A stretch of DNA of 52,605 bases from assembly GCF_001194135.2 (NCBI RefSeq), contig NC_068988.1, positions 15,416,979-15,469,583 of the forward strand. Direction: 5' to 3'. The DNA is from Octopus bimaculoides (lineage: Eukaryota). Positions 1 through 10,177 of the stretch are shown here, piece by piece. The notes under the pieces are model-generated. The model saw only the letters and a list, made by a program, of their open reading frames with translations. It did no database searches and was not told the origin of the DNA. A program made the position numbers and the translations under genes. Positions within the stretch are counted from its first letter, which is position 1; each line of letters opens with the position of its first letter.

Positions 1-189
1 ATATATATATATATATATATGTATGTATATGTATGTATATATGTAAGCGTATGTGTGTGTCTTTGTCTGTGTTTTTCCCTCATCATTGCTTCACAACTGC
101 TGTTTGTTTATTTACATCCCCCATAACTTACCGGTTTAACAAGAAGAAACCGATAGAAATTTGGAACACAAAATCCAAGCCGAGGGAGA

Positions 190-1754
190 AGGATAATGCT
201 GTGTGTTTCAGACAATTTCATGGACCAAAATTACTGAATGGATCCTTATGATATTTGGAACTTAGATTCAATGCATAACGGCAGGTATAATGCAGTATGT
301 TTGCTTTGAATTTGAGATGACTTAAAGGGGGAAGAACTCCCATGAAAATTCATACATTTTCGATGTTGATGAAATTTCAACCATGGGTAATTGACACACA
401 TCAAAATGTATTCTCAAACTTTCCACTTCTCATGAGGATTCTAAGACCCTCTAATGGGGGCCTTAACTCCCAAATTTTAGTCATTTTTTATGATCCAAAA
501 CTAGGTCAAAAGTACTGAATGGATCTTTACGAAATTTGGTAATTATATTCTATGCATAAGGGCCATAACCCCCATGAAAATTCATATTTTTGCTGTTGAT
601 GAAATTTTAACCATACATATTAGACACAAATGAAGTAATATTTCTAAAATTTAATCTTTTTAGAAGTTAGAAAGACCTCTTCATGGGGACTTAACACACA
701 CAGTTTAGTCATTTTATCTAAGCAAAGACGAATACAGTTGTACTCTTGGAAGCTGTAGGGTCATCCGAGCATAGAAGATGAGTGTTATTTGTAATTCAAT
801 GGTACAATAATGAAAGAGTTTGCTTTGAGATATACTTACATTGTGATTTCTGCAATGTGGTGCATAAATTGTCAAGTAAATGAGAGGCATCTTTGCCTCA
901 ACTGATTCAGTTGCAAACTGTTGAGTAAAGTTATTTCCTTGCAGACCTCCTTGGAGTCTTTTTATTATCACTGGGTCACACATAGTCCCTAGGTAGTAAC
1001 ATTGATTTCAAGGCCTTCCCAGATGAGTGACTGGTTATTCAGAGACATTTATAGATTGTAAATTTATTCTGTCTAGTTGCCTATCGGTATAGTGGTCAGT
1101 TGCAAACTCCAGAGGTGACACTTTCATTTCCCCTTAGCCCTTACGTCACACAGTTGTTAATGTTTCAGTTGGGTCATGCCCTTCCAATTGCTATAGATCC
1201 GTAATGCATGTTATGGCTGTGCCTGTCACCTGTATGGTGAGGAATCCTACATTGAAGAGTAGTAATGACTAGGGTAGGGTAGCTGACTGCTTATTGTGAT
1301 CATTTGTCTTTTGGTTTCCTGTAGCTTTGCTCTCTTTCACAAACCCAGTGAGCATACACATATATTTCCTATTTCAAAGAAATTCAAACAATACATATAA
1401 GACCCTAGTTCAAAAGATTCTCAACAATTCAACTTCTCTGGTTGATATTAAGACACCCACCCCCAGGGGCCTTAACTCCTACATTTTAGAGCTCCATGAC
1501 ATCCATTTTTCAGGAGCAAAATCCTTTTAACAGCTTCCAAAGACTGCAATTTTGGAATCTGCGCATAAAGATCAGTAGTATGGGATACATGTGTCATGAT
1601 TAGAATTTTTTTTACGGTGTGTAAAGAGGAAAAGAACCCTCATCTGCAATTCTGATGAAATTCGAATCATAGGTATTCCAGTTCATTACAGAAAATGGAG
1701 AAGTCTAATTCTTCCATTGCATGTAACACGGGCAACGCCGGGTATCTCTGCTAG
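190..1754 (+). mobile_element. Degenerate Helitron-like element with internal diverged tandem blocks; 3' end CTAG at 1751-1754
   Basis: Ends in 'cgggcaacgccggg-tatctctg-CTAG|T' (GC hairpin then CTAG before T, the Helitron 3' signature). Diverged repeated blocks at about 228/510, 339/572 and 440/670/1450. The 5' boundary is uncertain. Confidence 0.5.
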
Positions 1755-2593
1755 TATTTTATATATTATATATGTAAAGCATAATATGTTATACATGTAT
1801 GTATATTGTTATAATTGTCCTTTTAGTAAATAAATCGACATAATATAATGTCTAAAAGTTGATGAATACTACCTTTTGATCCCCTTTATTTTCTTATTGC
1901 TCTCTCTCTCTCTATATATATATATATTCATAGACGGTTTAGATATAGATTCAAAGTTGAATATGGTACTTATGTGTAGGCACCCGAATATCGCATCCCA
2001 AAAGGGTAGGTGATNNNNNNNNNNNNNNNNNNNNNNNNNNNNNNNNNNNNNNNNNNNNNNNNNNNNNNNNNNNNNNNNNNNNNNNNNNNNNNNNNNNNNN
2101 NNNNNNNNNNNNNNNNNNNNNNNNNNNNNNNNNNNNNNNNNNNNNNNNNNNNNNNNNNNNNNNNNNNNNNNNNNNNNNNNNNNNNNNNNNNNNNNNNNNN
2201 NNNNNNNNNNNNNNNNNNNNNNNNNNNNNNNNNNNNNNNNNNNNNNNNNNNNNNNNNNNNNNNNNNNNNNNNNNNNNNNNNNNNNNNNNNNNNNNNNNNN
2301 NNNNNNNNNNNNNNNNNNNNNNNNNNNNNNNNNNNNNNNNNNNNNNNNNNNNNNNNNNNNNNNNNNNNNNNNNNNNNNNNNNNNNNNNNNNNNNNNNNNN
2401 NNNNNNNNNNNNNNNNNNNNNNNNNNNNNNNNNNNNNNNNNNNNNNNNNNNNNNNNNNNNNNNNNNNNNNNNNNNNNNNNNNNNNNNNNNNNNNNNNNNN
2501 NNNNNNNNNNNNNNNNNNNNNNNNNNNNNNNNNNNNNNNNNNNNNNNNNNNNNNNNNNNNNNNNNNNNNNNNNNNNNNNNNNNNNNNNNNNNN

Positions 2594-2830
2594 CTACAGG
2601 AGCCAGTCAGGCGGTACTGGCAACGGCCACGCTCAAAATGGTGCATCTCATGTGCCACCCGCACAAGAACCAGTCCAGGGGCACTGGCAACGATCTTACT
2701 TGGCTTGCCGGGTCTTCTCACGCACAGCACATTTCCAAAGGTCTTGGTCAGTAGTCATCGCCTCGGTGAGGCCCAATGTACGAAGGTCTTGCCTCACCAC
2801 CTCAGCCCAGGTCTTCCTGGGCCTACCTCA
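2594..2830 (-). mobile_element. RTE-clade LINE 3' fragment (ORF C-terminus plus 3'UTR repeat units)
   Basis: Minus strand encodes RPRKTWAEVVRQDLRTLGLTEAMTTDQDLWKCAV; same 3'UTR unit as the 17.3-kb array. Confidence 0.75.
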
Positions 2831-3030
2831 TATATATATATTTATTTATGTGTATGTGTCTTTGTCCCCCACCTTGTTGGTGTGTTTACGTCCCTGTAAT
2901 GTACCAGTTTGGCAAAAGTGACTGATAGAATAAGTGTTAGGCTTACAAAGAATAAGTCCTGGATTGACTTCTTTGAATAAAGGTGGTACTCCAGCATGGC
3001 TACAGTCAAATGTCGGAAACAAATAATAGA
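2831..3030 (+). mobile_element. 3' half of the microsatellite-containing SINE (family C)
   Basis: Shared block 'ggtgtgtttacgtccc-gtaa...gatagaataagt...ctccagcatggc', also at about 50-160, 3460-3650, 6640-6840 and 16820-17030. Confidence 0.7.
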
Positions 3031-3243
3031 AAAAAATATATATATATATATGTATGTATGTATCTGTATGGTGTTTTCTTCAAATTCAATCCGAAAGCAA
3101 GCCTCAGTCGACCCGGGGCTATAATAGAAGATATTCACCCAAGTGAGATTGAATCTCAAACCGTCTGGTTGCAAAGTGAGCTTCTTAACCACATAGCCAT
3201 GCTTGCACCTATATATGTATTTCGCTGTGTAATATGTTCATTA

Positions 3244-3650
3244 CAGGCGCAAGAGTGGTTGAGTGGTAAGAAGCATGGATCTGGATTCAGTCCCACCACG
3301 GGCAAGTGTCTCCCACTACAGCCTCAGGCCGACCAAAGTCTTGTGAGTGGATTTGGTAGATGGAAACTGAAAGAATCTTGTCGTATATATATATATATAT
3401 GTGTGTGTATATATATATATATATATATACTTGTGTGTGTATGTGTGCTTGTGTGTCTGTGTTTGTCCTCCTACCATCGCTTAACAACTAGTGTTGATGT
3501 GTTTACAGTCCCGTAACATAGCAGCTCGGCAAAAGAGGCCGATAGAATAAGTACTAGGCTAACAAAGGATAAGGCCTGGGGTTGACTTCTTTGACTCAAA
3601 GCAGTGCTCCAGCATGGCCACAATTAAATGACCAAGAGAAGTAAAAGAAT
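3244..3650 (+). mobile_element. Near-full tRNA-derived SINE (family C) with gggcaagtg core and internal (TA)n/(TG)n
   Basis: Head 'ggcgcaagagtggttgagtggtaag', core 'gggcaagtgtct...gtgagtggatttggtaga', central microsatellite and conserved 3' half; reverse copy at about 8545-8830. Confidence 0.72.
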
Positions 3651-4762
3651 ATTTGACTGCCTTTTTGAAAATATTTCCAGTAAGATTTGCCGGTTGGTTT
3701 TAAGTACTACTGTTTGCATATGTTGTAACAANNNNNNNNNNNNNNNNNNNNNNNNNNNNNNNNNNNNNNNNNNNNNNNNNNNNNNNNNNNNNNNNNNNNN
3801 NNNNNNNNNNNNNNNNNNNNNNNNNNNNNNNNNNNNNNNNNNNNNNNNNNNNNNNNNNNNNNNNNNNNNNNNNNNNNNNNNNNNNNNNNNNNNNNNNNNN
3901 NNNNNNNNNNNNNNNNNNNNNNNNNNNNNNNNNNNNNNNNNNNNNNNNNNNNNNNNNNNNNNNNNNNNNNNNNNNNNNNNNNNNNNNNNNNNNNNNNNNN
4001 NNNNNNNNNNNNNNNNNNAGTAAGATTTGCCGGTTGGTTTTAAGTACTACTGTTTGCATATGTTGTAACAAAGTTATTTGATGTATTATTGTGTCAAGAA
4101 AAAAATATGTGGGTCTACTGTTGAAATATGTCCTACTTTCCTACTTTCTATGTGTGTTTGTAGGAAAGAAGGGCTGCCTGGTCTGTGTCTTTTTCAGAAG
4201 ACTTTACTTGCCCCAGTTTACTTAGATACTTCTATTCACCGTTGATGCTTAGCTGAGCTGAGGATTTTCTTTTAGGTTGTACCAATCCACAGATCAAACC
4301 TGGCATACACCATTGTTGTTGTTTGTTGGCCCTGATGGAGCAGATGTAATCCTATAATCAAAGTTGTTCCAGCCGTGACCAACCTGTCTTGTTTTCAGGA
4401 ATAGTGTACCCTTTCAATGTTTAAAGGGAGTAGGGTGTAATTCAAGTGAAATAGCAATGACGCCGGCGATGGCTCGGACAGGGATCCACTATTTTCAGGA
4501 TTTAATTACTCCATTTCATTATGTTTCACAGGGCAGTACTCTAATCCTGTTTTGGTATCATTCAGGTAACTGAAGCACTCTGCTGCTTGTATTGTAAATG
4601 TGTACCTTTGTCCATCAGTTGGTAGCGATATTTCGTTCTTGTATTTTTTGCACTATTCTTGATTTCAAATAGACATTATTATACGTTGGGAGGGTTATTT
4701 TGCCAATAATAAAACAAGGATTGATTACATTTTATTTCTTTTTACTATGTTGAGCCAACTAA

Positions 4763-4975
4763 AGGTGGCAAGCTGGCAGTATCGTTAGCACGCCAGGCAA
4801 AATGCTTAGCGGCATTTCGTCCGTTTTTACATTGAGTTCAGATTCTGCCAAGGCCGACTTTGCTTTTCATCCTTTCGAGATAAATAAATTAAGTACTTGT
4901 GAAACACTGAGGTTGATGTAATTTATTAGACCCCTCCTATAAAATTTCAGGCCATGTGCTTTTAATAGAAAGTAT
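4763..4975 (+). mobile_element. tRNA-derived SINE (family B, core 'gactttgcctttcatcctttcggggtcgataaa')
   Basis: Dispersed copies at about 5710-5905, 8860-9050(-), 19545-19720, 21500-21700, 28330-28620(-), 43385-43590(-), 44520-44680(-), 45925-46085, 46300-46455(-) and 49130-49305(-). Confidence 0.72.
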
Positions 4976-5113
4976 TGTTATCAGCCAACTAGTTAGCTAA
5001 ATTTCGGGGTTGTAAATAACTCCACACCAGTCGTCAAGTAATCACTTATTTGATCAATCTTTGCATCGGTTCATCAGAGTACTTTCGTCGCAGTCTCTAA
5101 CTTTATCAATGAT

Positions 5114-5487
5114 GTTGTTGGCACTCCGTCGCTTACGACGTCGAGGGTTTCAGTTGATTCGATCAACGGAACAGCCTGCTCATGAAATTAATGTGCAAGT
5201 GACTGAGCACTCCACAGACATGTGTACCCTTAACGTAGTTCTCGGGGATATTCAGCGTGACAAGGCAGACCCTTTGAATTACAGGCACAACAAAAACAAG
5301 AAGAAAGAGTGAGAGAAAGTTGTGGTGAAAAAGTACAGCAGTGTTCGCCACCATCCCCTGCTGGAGCCTCGTGGAGCTTTAGGTGTTTTTGCTCAATACA
5401 CACTCACAGCGCTTGGTCTGGGAATCAAAACCACGATCCTATGACCGCAAGTCCGCTGCCCTAACCACTAGGCCATTGCGCCTTCAC
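5114..5487 (-). mobile_element. Young tRNA-derived SINE (family A, ~380 bp, (CAA)n tail)
   Basis: Minus strand starts 'gtgaaggcgcaatggcctagtggttagggcagcgg' (A box), carries the B-box-like segment 'gtggttttgattccc' and ends 'ggagtgccaacaac'. Confidence 0.88.
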
Positions 5488-5944
5488 TCTCAATGTTAAT
5501 GTTAATATAAACCGCCCTACTTCTGTCACAAGGTACATAATCGATAATGTCACAGACTATGACGAACCAAGCAATTGATCAAACGATTAATTAGTTAATT
5601 AACTAGTTGACTGATAATGATAAAAATGACGTGAAGTACAACTAATGTGGGTCCTTTTTTTATTGGTAAAATGAACCCTCCACCAAGGCACACCAGCTGG
5701 TTGTGACAGTTCATTTGGCAGAATCATTAGCACACCAGGCGAAATGCTTAGTGGCATTTCATCCGACCTTACATACTGAGTTCAAATTCTGCCGGGGTTG
5801 ACTTTGCCTTTCATCCTCTCAGAGTTGATAAAATAAGTACCAGTTGAGTACTGGGGTCAATGTAATCGACTTATTCCCTCTCTTCAAATTTCAGGCCTTG
5901 TGCCTATTTATACAGCGGTGAGCTGGCGGAGTTGTTAGTCCACC

Positions 5945-6580
5945 ATACACTAATTAAGAACATTTCGGCTAGAATATCTAGATTATCCGCCACCAAGAAT
6001 ATATTCAACAAACACACCTTATGATAACATAGCCCTAACTAAGGCCGGATACCATGGGAAAATCTAATACGCCCCTAGTAGTAGTAATAATAACTCTACA
6101 AATCATTATAACAACCTTACCAAATACAATACTAACCAAAGTTAAAAACCTAGATAATAGAATCCCATACAGTAAGAAAAAACTAACCAAACCTAGACAC
6201 ATAAGAACCAACTACAAGTTAGAGAAAACTAGCAACAGGCAACACATTAAACACCTAACGTTACTCCAAATACCCAAACAAATAGACCTAACAGAAAATA
6301 CAAAAACCATGATGTCCTTTGGTATAGCCGAATTTGGGGCTTGAACATCTCATCCAAGATCATGAAACAATTCTTCACTACATTTGATTGCTGCTTCCCT
6401 AAACATCCAACCGCGACACTGTAAAACTGTCCTAAACAGAACAGGAAGAAACTCGTGGATGGAAAAGTCGCTGAAGAGATCACAGATGTTTGATGAAAGA
6501 TTTCCAGACATTGGACATAGATAAAATAAGAACAATAATAAACGAGTGAGGGATGAATATATAGTGGATGTGTTTATTTG

Positions 6581-6611
<31 letters not shown>
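5945..6611 (+). mobile_element. Degenerate Penelope-like element RT C-terminal fragment followed by a ~29-nt poly(A)
   Basis: Decayed translation ISARISRLSATKNIFNK...IALTKAGY...RKYKNHDVLWY...KQFFTTFDCCFPKH resembles the Penelope motifs 'ISRLSS..IF', 'AL..SGY' and 'IIWFNPP..KHFP'; several stops. Confidence 0.55.
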
Positions 6612-6614
<3 letters not shown>

Positions 6615-6847
6615 CCATCCTGAAATACAAGATCTGTATGTGTGTCCCCTATCACCGGCTGACAACCGGTGTTGGTGTGTTTACGTCCCTGTAACCTAGT
6701 AATTCAGCAAAAGTGATAGATAAAATAAGTACCAGGCTTTAAAAAAATACAGGTGTCAATAAATTCGACTAAAACTTATCCAAAATGGTGCCCTAGCATG
6801 GCTGCAGTCTAATAGGTGAAACAAGTAGAAAATAAAAAAATATATAT

Positions 6848-7325
6848 CATCATCATTTAACGTCTGTTTTCCATGCTAGCATGGGTTGGACGATTTGACT
6901 GAGGACTGGCGAACCAGACGGCTACACCAGGCTCCAATCTGATTTGGCAGTTTCTACAGCTGGATACCCTTCCTAACGCCAGCCACTCCAAGAGTGTAGT
7001 GGGTGCTTTTACGTGCACTTTTATGGTCTCACTTGGCATGCTGGATCTTCTCCGGTACAGCATATTTCCAAAGGTCTCGGTCATAAGTCATTGCTTTGGT
7101 AAGGCCCAATGTTTTAAGGTCGTGCCTCACCACCTCATCCCAGGTCTACCTCTTCTACAGGTTCCCTCAACCGCTAGGGTGTGACACTTTTTCACACAAC
7201 TATCCTCATCCATTCTCGCCACATGACCATACCAGCGCAATCATCTCTCTTGCACACCACAACTAATGCTTCTTAGGGTCAACTTTTCTCTCAAGGTACT
7301 TACACATCCATCGAGTATGCACACT
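6848..7325 (-). mobile_element. RTE LINE 3' fragment with (GAT)n tail, 40 nt upstream of the CIB exon acceptor
   Basis: Encodes RSISCGVQER-LRWYGHVARMDEDSCVKKCHTL...TWDEVVRHDLKTLGLTKAM; typical RTE 'LRWYGHV' motif. Confidence 0.8.
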
Positions 7326-7367
7326 GATATTTTATATAACACTGATTTTTTTTTTTTTTTTAATCAG

Positions 7368-7495
7368 ATTTCGATGATGACAAAATAATTTCCCGAAGTG
7401 ACATTGAACAAGCAATTTTATGTTTAATCAAGACGAGCCATGCATGTGATGAAGACATCTTATCCGAAGAACAAATAGAGTTTCTCATTGATAAA
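7368..7495 (+). CDS. CIB: CIB-like exon carrying EF-hand 3
   Basis: poly-T + taatcAG acceptor, GTGAGT donor, 128 nt. Confidence 0.88.
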
Positions 7496-9127
7496 GTGAG
7501 TCATTTGTAATATGTGTCTTGTATTTAATATTAATTTCAATTTATTTTTATACAAACATCATAGAATGTGAATACAATAAATCATAATGATTGTAACTAT
7601 GCAACATTACTCGATATTATCCACAGTGGCAAATGTATATTCCAAAGTGTGTCACATGACAGCTGATACCTTGTTAGTTCGTATAATTGCTAGCTGCTGT
7701 TTAGTCCTGACTGAGCTAAGATCTGTGATCAAAAGGTAATTCTAATTATGACCAGCCCCCATCTCACTTTTAGGTATAGTGCATTGAAGTAAGTAAATAA
7801 GTAATGCCTTCATCATGATCATCGTCATCTCTTAACATCCATTTTCCATGCTGGCAAGCCGGAGAGCTGCACCACGCTCCAATTGTCTGTTTTAGCATGG
7901 TTTCTGCAGCTGGATGCCCTAATGCCAGCCACTTCAGTGTATTGGGTGCTTTTAACGTGACGATTTATAAGAGTTGGTTATCTGGTTTTCATGGCCTATA
8001 AGTGTCTGAGATCACAGCATTCCACCAGCCAACTGCTGTATAGTACATATAGGATTACATTAATCTATTATGTGTACCTTTAAGACAACCAAGCATGACT
8101 ATAAGGGCATTTGTGCTGCTATTTTGGACACCACAAGGAACCATGTAGAGGCTTATCATTGGTTCAAATGGTAATTGCAGGTAATGGATGAGGCAGACAT
8201 GGATATTGAGGATGGTATTGGATATGCAGAGTTCTGCAGCTTGATGAGGAAAAAACCAGAATTCCTAGAGTAAGTACAGTTTCAATCACTCAGCAACAAC
8301 GTATAGCAGCTGCAAACACACATACACTGCAGTTAAAATAAAAGACAAACTAAGTGGTCGAAGTATTAGAGAAGTTAACAGGATATAACATTATCCAATA
8401 ATCCACACAAAATATTCAGATTTGTAGATTTAACAGATCTAGCTCAATATAGCAATCTGTGTATGTATATATATCCTTTTATGAATTTCAGTCATTTGAC
8501 TGTAGCCTCTAGTCAAACAAATAGACTCCAGGACTTATTCTTTGAAAGCCTAGTACTTATTTTATTGGTTTCTTTTGCTGAACAGCTAACGTACAGGGAC
8601 ATAAACACACCAACATTGGTTGTCAAGTGATGGTGTGGGGGACAAACAGACACAGACACACACACATATATATCTATATATACAATGGGCTTCTTTCAGT
8701 TTCTGTCTACCAAATCCACTGACAAAGCTTTGGTTGGCCCAAGGCTATAGTAGAAGACACTTGCCCAAGATGCTATGCAGTGGGACTGAAACTGGAACCA
8801 TATAGTTGGGAAGCAAGCTTCTTATTTCTTTACTGCCCATAATGGGCTACACACAGAGGGGACAAACAAGGACAGACAAACGGATTAAGTTGATTATATC
8901 GACCCAGTGCGTAACTGGTACTTATTTAATCGACCCCGAAAGGATGAAAGGCAAAGTCGAGCTCGGCGAAATTTGAACTCAGAACATAGCAGCAGATGAA
9001 ATACTGCTAAGCATTTTGCCCGGCGTGCTAACGTTTCTGCCAGCTCACAGGGAAGCAAGCTTCTTACCACACAGCCATACCTGCACTTATAGATGATGGT
9101 GTGTTCAGTGCCAATGTGTGGCCTATC

Positions 9128-9160
<33 letters not shown>

Positions 9161-9170
9161 NNNNNNNNNN

Positions 9171-9207
<37 letters not shown>

Positions 9208-9655
9208 GTATGTATACATAAACAATTATGCAGGAAACAGGTATGGTATTCAAAGCTTTATAGGACACACACACGTTCCACCAAATTGCAGAAATAATTA
9301 CATAACAGGAGTGCAATCAAGTACTCTAACATCAATTATTGTTTTTACTGCAAAAGACTGATGAGGTAAAGTTCCAAATATATAAATTTTACCCTGTAAT
9401 GTAAATAACTTTGCATGTCACATAAAATAGCAGGGGTTAGACAAATCATATATGTGTTGTTTACAATGAACCAAAGAAAAAGTACTCAATGCCAAAGTAG
9501 AGTGTATTAGATTTAGTCTGATCTACTAATCCATTATGGTCAAATTTTCGCCAACAGGTTGCCAGTTTCTCAAACAGTAATAGACTACTCCTGTTTGAGG
9601 AATTGGCAATGTTAGTGAAGCACTAATAATAGGCCACTCATTGGCACTGAACTAT

Positions 9656-9697
<42 letters not shown>

Positions 9698-9895
9698 CAT
9701 CATCCTCTAACTTCCGTTTTCATATTTAAGAATCTAAATACTGACTCAAACATATTCAGTTATTAAAATATGTTTGACCATACACAAATGTTTTTAAATG
9801 TCAAACAAAATCACAAACAACAACAACAACAAAAAAAAAATGTTATTTTTCTACAAACTTTGGTAAATTTTAGATACTTCAGCATCCGATTATGA
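7368..9895 (+). CDS. CIB: CIB-family (calcium- and integrin-binding) EF-hand protein, last three exons: join(7368-7495,8181-8269,9874-9895); 5' exons upstream or in gaps
   Basis: Spliced translation DFDDDKIISRSDIEQAILCLIKTSHACDEDILSEEQIEFLIDK VMDEADMDIEDGIGYAEFCSLMRKKPEFLE YFSIRL* aligns with CIB C-termini (DFDDDGTLNREDL...ILEESDIDRDGTINLSEF...PDF..F.I). GT-AG sites with phases 1/0/2. Paralog identity is unresolved. Confidence 0.88.
8181..8269 (+). CDS. CIB: CIB-like exon carrying EF-hand 4
   Basis: gtaattgcAG acceptor, GTAAGT donor, 89 nt. Confidence 0.88.
9874..9895 (+). CDS. CIB: CIB-like terminal coding exon (E-YFSIRL*)
   Basis: aaattttAG acceptor, phase 2; resembles the CIB2/3 'FHIRI' C-terminus. 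Confidence 0.78.
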
Positions 9896-10085
9896 ATAAC
9901 GAATGATGATGATGATCTGATGAAATACACTGCAACGATTATGTTCTTAGCAGTTGGTAATTCAAGCCATTAATGGCACATTTATCTGTGGTTACAAGTA
10001 AAAGCAAACAAGATTTTTCCATGCAGCTGTTTCTGAAGAAAAGAAAGAGTAAATATTATAAAACTTTCATGGTAAATCAATATAT

Positions 10086-10091
10086 TTTATT
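10086..10091 (-). promoter_or_regulatory. Putative poly(A) signal AATAAA of PAK1IP1
   Basis: TTTATT on the + strand, 25 nt after the PAK1IP1 stop; minus-strand U-rich tract at about 10060-10030. Confidence 0.55.
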
Positions 10092-10103
10092 TACAAAATA
10101 TAC

Positions 10104-10109
10104 AATAAA
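10104..10109 (+). promoter_or_regulatory. Putative poly(A) signal AATAAA of the CIB-like gene
   Basis: First canonical + strand AATAAA I found after the 9895 stop; U/GU-rich tract follows at 10139-10170. Confidence 0.55.
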
Positions 10110-10115
10110 CATTAA

Positions 10116-10177
10116 CTATTGAATGACTTCTATAGCTGTCTTCTTTTTTTTCTTCATCTTTTTGTGTTTCACCAGTT
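10116..10177 (-). CDS. PAK1IP1: PAK1IP1 terminal exon 10 (ELVKHKKMKKKKKTAIEVIQ*)
   Basis: gtcttttgtttacAG acceptor; phase 1 matches the exon 9 donor; Lys-rich tail typical of nucleolar proteins; AATAAA 25 nt after the stop. Extra exons inside the 11-kb intron cannot be excluded. Confidence 0.8.

Noticed and set aside
714-1530. Short ORFs 714-983(-) and 1327-1530(+) as genes or Helitron Rep
   Set aside because: No recognisable motifs with confidence and stops in all frames; they lie within a putative decayed element.
3680-4071. Direct repeat of about 50 bp on both sides of the gap (also 17710-17992 versus 18720-19002, and about 41805-41839 versus 41850-41885)
   Set aside because: Identical sequence flanking N runs is the typical signature of unmerged contig overlaps or haplotigs; probably an assembly artefact.
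4532-4565. 34-nt AG...GT exon-like segment in phase with the CIB exon at 7368
   Set aside because: Its translation (GSTLILFWYHS) has no similarity to the expected CIB 'YAFKIY' segment; at most a cryptic exon.
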